13,015 nucleotides of DNA. Origin: Azolla caroliniana (taxonomy: Eukaryota; Plantae; Polypodiophyta). The notes below the pieces were generated by a model. It saw nothing but the letters and a program-made list of their open reading frames with translations, was not told where the DNA came from and ran no database searches. The position numbers and the translations under genes are program-made. Location: assembly GCA_043228905.1 (NCBI GenBank), contig JBHGNT010001005.1:1-13015 (forward strand), read 5' to 3'. Below, piece by piece: positions 8,257 to 13,015 of this stretch (position 1 is its first letter; each line of letters starts with the position of its first letter).

Positions 8257-11200
8257 TCATTCCTCGCCCGTCGGTTGTTCCTCGTTTTCGGATCGTTCGT
8301 CACTGCTGTCTAGGAGAGCCGGGTCCGGCTCGTCGTCATGTCGCTTCTTGAACGCTTTGATCCGCTTCCCTGCAACCGGTATCGCCGCTCTCGTGCCGTC
8401 AAGTTCCGCCAGGTGATATGTCCCGTTGTCATTGGCGCTCCGTACCACGTAAGGCCCGAACCACCTTCGTGCGAACTTCCGTGTGGCTCGGTGCTGGTTG
8501 TCGAGGCTGCTGTCGTAGACGAGCACCCAGTCACCTTCTTCGATTTTCTTCGGTCGGAGCCGGTGCGTTCGGTCGAACCTGGCTTTGTTCCTTTTCCTCG
8601 CCACCCGGAGCCTCTCCGCAGCCAGTTCCACGTCCTCCGGTCTCCGCTCGAGTTGTCGTATACGCGCGGCCAACAACTCCTCCCGGCTCATCTCGTCCCT
8701 CCAGTCGACCGTTGCCCACGAGGAGATCGTCCGTTCCATCGGCATGATCGGCTTCTGGCCGAACATGAGCTCCGTCGGCATGTACCCGGTTACCGAACTG
8801 TGCGTGGTCCGGTCTGCCCACAAGGCATAAGGTAGCAGCCGCGGCCAGTCACCGACTCGGCCTCTGCATGCCCGGACCAACGCCTTGACGATCGGCCCGT
8901 GTCCGCGCTCCACCTTTCCATTCGCCTCGGGATTGTACGCGGTGGTGAGCGAGAGCTTGACTCCCAGCCGGTCGAACAGCTCCGCGGCTTCTTCGGCGTC
9001 CAACTCCCCTCGGTCAGCCACGATCTTCCCGACGCACCCGTACCGGCATATCACGTCCTCGATCAGGAACCGGCATACGGCCGCGGTCGTTTTGTTCGGA
9101 AGGGCCCGGCCTTCCACCTGGTTCGTTAGATCCTCCCGCGCTAGGACCAGGTACCGCATCTGTCCTACCCCCATTGGCATCGTCACCAGATCTACCATCC
9201 ATTTGAAGTGGATGGTCGGAGGGTACGTGGGGTGAAGCTCGTCCCGATGTCGGACTATGGAGTGCATCTGACAGCTCTCGCAAGTTGTCACGAACCGATG
9301 CACGTCCCGGTACTGCCCCGGCCACCAATACTTCCCCTTCAGTTTCTCAAACGTAGCCCATGTTCCACGGTGTCCAGCCCAAGGGCTGTCGTGGTAGGCC
9401 GTCAGCAGCTCCTCCTGTTCTTCCTTCGTCGCCACCACCCGGAGCGGAGCGCCGTCCCTCTTCTTCGGGTGCTTCCATAGATAGCCGTCCTGGAGAAAGA
9501 ACCGGTACGCTTTCTTCCGGATCCGGTTGGCCTCGTCCTTCGTCCATGACGCATCGGGCGTCATTGTCTTCAAAAACCCACCGATCTGCAGCCACTCCCC
9601 GTCGTACTTGCTCGCGTCGAAGTCGTTAAGCGCCGGAGTGCTTGTTCCGTCGGTTGTTACATACGCAGTCTCGAAGAAGTCCACGCCGACTTCTTCGTCT
9701 TCCGAAACCATGCCGCCCTCGTCGTCGAACCTCGCCCTCGAAAGCATGTCGGCCATGGCGTTGTCTTTCCCGGAAATGTGTCGTATTTCCGGGTCCAGGG
9801 ACTTGATGTACGCTATCCACCTGAGCATCGCCAGGTCCGGAGTCGCGCATCCGGAAACCATACCGAGAATCGGCAGGCAATCCGTCTCGATGATCACTTC
9901 CGTCCCTATCAGGTAGTCTTTGTCGGCCTTAACCGCCGAAACAATACCCCAGAGTTCGCGTTTAACCTGGGCGTATCCTCGCTGCCGTTCACTGAGGACT
10001 TTCGCGCCGAATCGGATCGGAAACCGATTGCCGTCCTCGTCTTCCTGGTTCACGACCCATCCGATCCCGGTCGGACTGGTATCCACCGTTATGAATACCG
10101 GGGTACCCTTCCCGTATACCGCCTTCCGGAGTGCCGGTGCCGCTGCAAGGGCCTCTTTCAGCTTCCGGACCGATTCCGCGTGCTCGTCTAGCCATTCGAA
10201 CCTTCGCCCCCTTTTCAGCAACCCGTACAGTGGCTCCGCGAGGTGTGCGTAATGCGGGATCCATATGTGGTAGAACGCGCATGCCCCCAGGAATCTCCGT
10301 ACTTCCGTGACCGAGCTGCAGTCGGGCTTCATCGCGGAGATGGCTTCTACCTTTGCCGGAGACGGTTTCCGGCCATACGGTCCGCACAGGTGTCCGACCA
10401 CCATGATTTCTGACTGCCCGAAGGCCGACTTCTCCCCGGAGAAGGTGAGTCTCGCATCCTCTAGCCTTTGCAGCACCTTCTCACAGTCGTCGATGTGCGT
10501 CGCCACGAATCGCCGGCATCCGTCCGGTCCGACCGTCTCGTCCTTCTCTTCCACCGGGCACCCCTTGATCGGGATGTCGTCCAGAAACGGCATGGTGATG
10601 TCCGGGATACAGTCCCTCAGAACCTTGTTCATCGCATTCACCATGTGGGCCACCGAGTTGGTCCCTCCTTGCGGCAGTGTACACATCCGAACTAGGCCGA
10701 GGGGGGTTCGCATCGTCGTAATGTCTCTGCTCTCCACGGCTAGCTGGAACTGGTCGTACCCTGAGTATAGATCCCCCACCGAATAAATTGACCTTCCGGC
10801 GAAGGCCTCCGCGAACTCGTCTATGGTCGGTCCGATCCCTGCGTTCCGAATGGTCACTCGATTGACCGGCTGCAGGTCCTGGATGAAGCGCAACGAACCG
10901 TTTTTCTTCGGTACGGTAAACCATCGATTTGAGTATGGGGCGCTCGACGGCTCGAGAATTCCCATATCAACTTTCTGCCTCAGCAGCTCCATCAACTTCG
11001 GGATGTGAGCTCTCGGAACCGGGATTGGCTTGAGATTCCATGGTACATGCGGTACCGTGAATATCACCATCGGCTCCACGATCGTCGGGTCAACGCACCC
11101 GATTTCCTCCGGCGAGAATGCGAAGGCTTTCCCGTGCCTTCCGAGCATTCTCCAGAACCGGTCTTCCTCCGCCGGCAGTAGGAACCCGCCCCCACCGATT

Positions 11201-11760
11201 TTGAGCTCTCGGAGCGTCTCGTCAGTGAAGGTGTGCCCTATGCAGGCCGGATTTCGTAGACTAGGGTCTGATGCAACCCCTTTGATTCTCGACGCGCTGT
11301 CCTCCGGTAAGGGTGCCGCTACTGGCCTTACCTTCCGGTCCACAGTCTTGTACTTGGTGTTTACGTGGGCCGTCCGAACTGACTCGAGCCCTCGACCGAA
11401 GTCCGCGATGACTTCGTACATCTCCTCGGAACACACCGGTATCGTCCGGTCGTCGTTAAGGCCTTCTTCGACTACCTTTCCCAGCATTCCCAAGGTGTCG
11501 TCGAATGAGACCGCCTCCACGGCTCCGTTGATTTCCTCGTCCGGGCCGAGAACTCCGCACGCTCGAAGTCTCGCCTCCGTCTTTGTTTTCTCTCGGCCGG
11601 TGATGCCGACTATCGTACACGCTCCGCTGTCGGAGAACAAAAATTCCCTACCTATGGTACAAGGTTTCTTCGGTTTTATCGTACAGGTGTGGGGTTTTCC
11701 CGGGGTGTCCGGACTGTCGCGGCCCCACGCCTTGGCAGCCCTCTCTAAAAATCCTCTCGG
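8257..11760 (-). CDS. pol: Gypsy ORF2: reverse transcriptase, RNase H and integrase (no protease); probably entered by -1 frameshift
   Basis: RT: LRFIQDL, GDLYSGYDQ, LPQGGTNS, PFLDD. RNase H: TVDTS, KRELWG, ETDC, NAMADMLSR. Integrase: H-H-C-C finger (YHDSPWAGH...CESC), WMVD / VADRG / NGKVER triad, FGPY. The frame stays open 40 codons upstream of the listed TTG start, up to a TAA at 11761-11763. Confidence 0.96.
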   Translation of the reverse strand, partial: PRGFLERAAKAWGRDSPDTPGKPHTCTIKPKKPCTIGREFLFSDSGACTIVGITGREKTKTEARLRACGVLGPDEEINGAVEAVSFDDTLGMLGKVVEEGLNDDRTIPVCSEEMYEVIADFGRGLESVRTAHVNTKYKTVDRKVRPVAAPLPEDSASRIKGVASDPSLRNPACIGHTFTDETLRELKIGGGGFLLPAEEDRFWRMLGRHGKAFAFSPEEIGCVDPTIVEPMVIFTVPHVPWNLKPIPVPRAHIPKLMELLRQKVDMGILEPSSAPYSNRWFTVPKKNGSLRFIQDLQPVNRVTIRNAGIGPTIDEFAEAFAGRSIYSVGDLYSGYDQFQLAVESRDITTMRTPLGLVRMCTLPQGGTNSVAHMVNAMNKVLRDCIPDITMPFLDDIPIKGCPVEEKDETVGPDGCRRFVATHIDDCEKVLQRLEDARLTFSGEKSAFGQSEIMVVGHLCGPYGRKPSPAKVEAISAMKPDCSSVTEVRRFLGACAFYHIWIPHYAHLAEPLYGLLKRGRRFEWLDEHAESVRKLKEALAAAPALRKAVYGKGTPVFITVDTSPTGIGWVVNQEDEDGNRFPIRFGAKVLSERQRGYAQVKRELWGIVSAVKADKDYLIGTEVIIETDCLPILGMVSGCATPDLAMLRWIAYIKSLDPEIRHISGKDNAMADMLSRARFDDEGGMVSEDEEVGVDFFETAYVTTDGTSTPALNDFDASKYDGEWLQIGGFLKTMTPDASWTKDEANRIRKKAYRFFLQDGYLWKHPKKRDGAPLRVVATKEEQEELLTAYHDSPWAGHRGTWATFEKLKGKYWWPGQYRDVHRFVTTCESCQMHSIVRHRDELHPTYPPTIHFKWMVDLVTMPMGVGQMRYLVLAREDLTNQVEGRALPNKTTAAVCRFLIEDVICRYGCVGKIVADRGELDAEEAAELFDRLGVKLSLTTAYNPEANGKVERGHGPIVKALVRACRGRVGDWPRLLPYALWADRTTHSSVTGYMPTELMFGQKPIMPMERTISSWATVDWRDEMSREELLAARIRQLERRPEDVELAAERLRVARKRNKARFDRTHRLRPKKIEEGDWVLVYDSSLDNQHRATRKFARRWFGPYVVRSANDNGTYHLAELDGTRAAIPVAGKRIKAFKKRHDDEPDPALLDSSDERSENEEQPTGEE
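11685..11754 (-). other. Predicted -1 programmed ribosomal frameshift signal
   Basis: Heptamer G_GAT_TTT (11754-11748) is in ORF1 phase immediately before its TAG; a -1 slip enters the pol frame. A GC-rich stem starts 6 nt downstream. Confidence 0.75.
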
Positions 11761-13015
11761 TTATCGGAACCGAGGGAGTTGCGGTTACGCTCGTGGTTCG
11801 GCCTAACCGTCAAAAACTGGACCGAATGGCGCCCGTCCTGGCTCTTGACCCGCGCATAGGCCGAACCGTTGTCCAGCACCTTGGTCTCCATTCGAGCCGC
11901 CGTGATGTACGGCTCTCCCAGTATGACGGGGTGCGATGACGACTCCTGCACGAAGAAGTGCTGGTCTATCTCGACATCGCCGATCTTGACCCGTACATTC
12001 GGGCAGGCCCCGTGAAGTTCCTCAGTGGCGCGCGTCGCCGCCCTTATCTTCCACCCGTGCTTGGTGTTGATCGGCCATTTGCCCTTCTTATAGAAGTCCA
12101 TGGACATCAGGTTGATTTCCGATCCGTGGTCCACCAAAGCTACTACCGGTTCCTGGACATCGCCGATCTTTACCGGGGTTTCCGTGGTCGCTCGGGCCCA
12201 GTGTGGCCGCGAATAGTGGCTCTCCGCCCACTCGTCTTCCAGCGCCATGTCGTCCAGGTGCGTCGTCCGCACTTCCACCGGTCTTTCCGGTTCTGTCTCC
12301 GTTGACAGCCTCTTCCGTTTCACCAAGTCCACGATGGAGTCGTGGAACTCCTTCTTGGCGATTCCCAGCACCTCCCGTAGCGACAGCTCCACCTTGCTGT
12401 CGAGGATCCGTTCCTCCAGGACCTTTCGTAAGTCCGTGGTTCTTTCTATCTCCGTCCCCAGACGGTACCCGCCCTTCTGGGGTTTATCTTGCGTACCGGC
12501 CCCGCCGGCTTCGTCCCGTCGTGGTCCGGACCGGGTCTCGTATCGTTGTGAGGGCCCGGTCGTCCCGGGTTTCCCCACCCGCTTCTCTTCTACCAGAGCC
12601 TCGTAGTTCCGGCAAGCGGCTTCCACGAAGCCCGTCTTTTCGTCGACCGGGTCGCTCCACCCGGTCATCTCCCGTACCCGTTTCTCCGCACGGTCCGATT
12701 CCTCCCTTCTAAGCCCTGCACCGGCAAGGCCTTCCAGCATCGTCGGCCAGAATCCGGCTTTGCTTTCCTTTCGGGCCTCGCCGCCCCCGACTCGAATGCC
12801 GGCCGACGCCGAGTAGTGGACGGTTTCCGCGTGTCGGGCCGCCGCCTCTTCCATCAACCTTTTCATACCACCTCTTCCGTCGTTTCGGCTCAGGGCCCTT
12901 CGGGTGTCGCTGGCATGCACCCGTCCTTCCCACAGGTACACCACCCGGTCCCTCAGCGCCTCCGCGAAGTCGCCGCAGTCCTTCCGAACGTGGCCGACTT
13001 CATCGCACCACATGC
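11745..13015 (-). CDS. gag: Gypsy ORF1 C-terminal part: Gag Zn knuckle plus aspartic protease (5'-truncated by the window edge)
   Basis: (C)MWCDEVGHVRKDC fits CX2CX4HX4C. ALVDHGSEINLMS and VILGEPY are retropepsin motifs. No internal stops. Confidence 0.92.
   Translation of the reverse strand, partial: MWCDEVGHVRKDCGDFAEALRDRVVYLWEGRVHASDTRRALSRNDGRGGMKRLMEEAAARHAETVHYSASAGIRVGGGEARKESKAGFWPTMLEGLAGAGLRREESDRAEKRVREMTGWSDPVDEKTGFVEAACRNYEALVEEKRVGKPGTTGPSQRYETRSGPRRDEAGGAGTQDKPQKGGYRLGTEIERTTDLRKVLEERILDSKVELSLREVLGIAKKEFHDSIVDLVKRKRLSTETEPERPVEVRTTHLDDMALEDEWAESHYSRPHWARATTETPVKIGDVQEPVVALVDHGSEINLMSMDFYKKGKWPINTKHGWKIRAATRATEELHGACPNVRVKIGDVEIDQHFFVQESSSHPVILGEPYITAARMETKVLDNGSAYARVKSQDGRHSVQFLTVRPNHERNRNSLGSDNREDF

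Larger units (their letters stand above)
7384..13015 (-). mobile_element. Young GC-rich Ty3/gypsy LTR retrotransposon, non-chromovirus (possibly Phygy-like); 5' part beyond the right edge
   Basis: Gypsy order Zn knuckle-PR-RT-RH-INT with uninterrupted ORFs, PPT and 3' LTR. No chromodomain after the GPY/F motif. The lineage name is inference. Confidence 0.95.

Noticed and set aside
11638-11640. TTG start for pol given by the ORF track
   Set aside because: The frame is open 40 codons further upstream to the slippery site, and TTG initiation is unlikely in a eukaryotic element.
8310-12933. Many overlapping ORFs on the + strand and in alternative frames, including 11030-11806 (258 aa)
   Set aside because: Shadow ORFs expected opposite a GC-rich coding region; no recognisable motifs, and the 258-aa ORF is the codon-aligned antisense of pol.

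Overview
This window is eukaryotic repeat DNA with no recognisable host gene. The element types suggest a non-seed plant such as a moss (inference, not verified). It is a nest of transposable elements. Left to right: (1) the 3' end and 3' LTR of an internally deleted Ty1/copia element (+, 1-1016); (2) a degraded AT-rich spacer with a possible CACTA Tnp2 fragment; (3) a pseudogenised Sola-like DDD transposase (-, ~2544-4529), cut by (4) a second, inverted copy of the same deleted copia family (-, 4530-6906), which lacks most of the Gag core, the integrase core and all of RT/RNase H; (5) an AT-rich gypsy-type LTR fragment (-, 6907-7383) inserted in that copia leader; (6) a young, GC-rich, non-chromovirus Ty3/gypsy element (-, 7384 to the window end) with uninterrupted ORFs. 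The most notable signals are: a predicted -1 frameshift (G_GAU_UUU plus a possible pseudoknot) placed between protease and RT rather than between gag and protease; the same RT/RNase H deletion junction in two independent copia copies, indicating a non-autonomous family; a retrovirus-DIS-like palindromic-loop hairpin in the copia leader; and a conserved U5 motif and shared TAACG flank at the two gypsy-type LTR ends.
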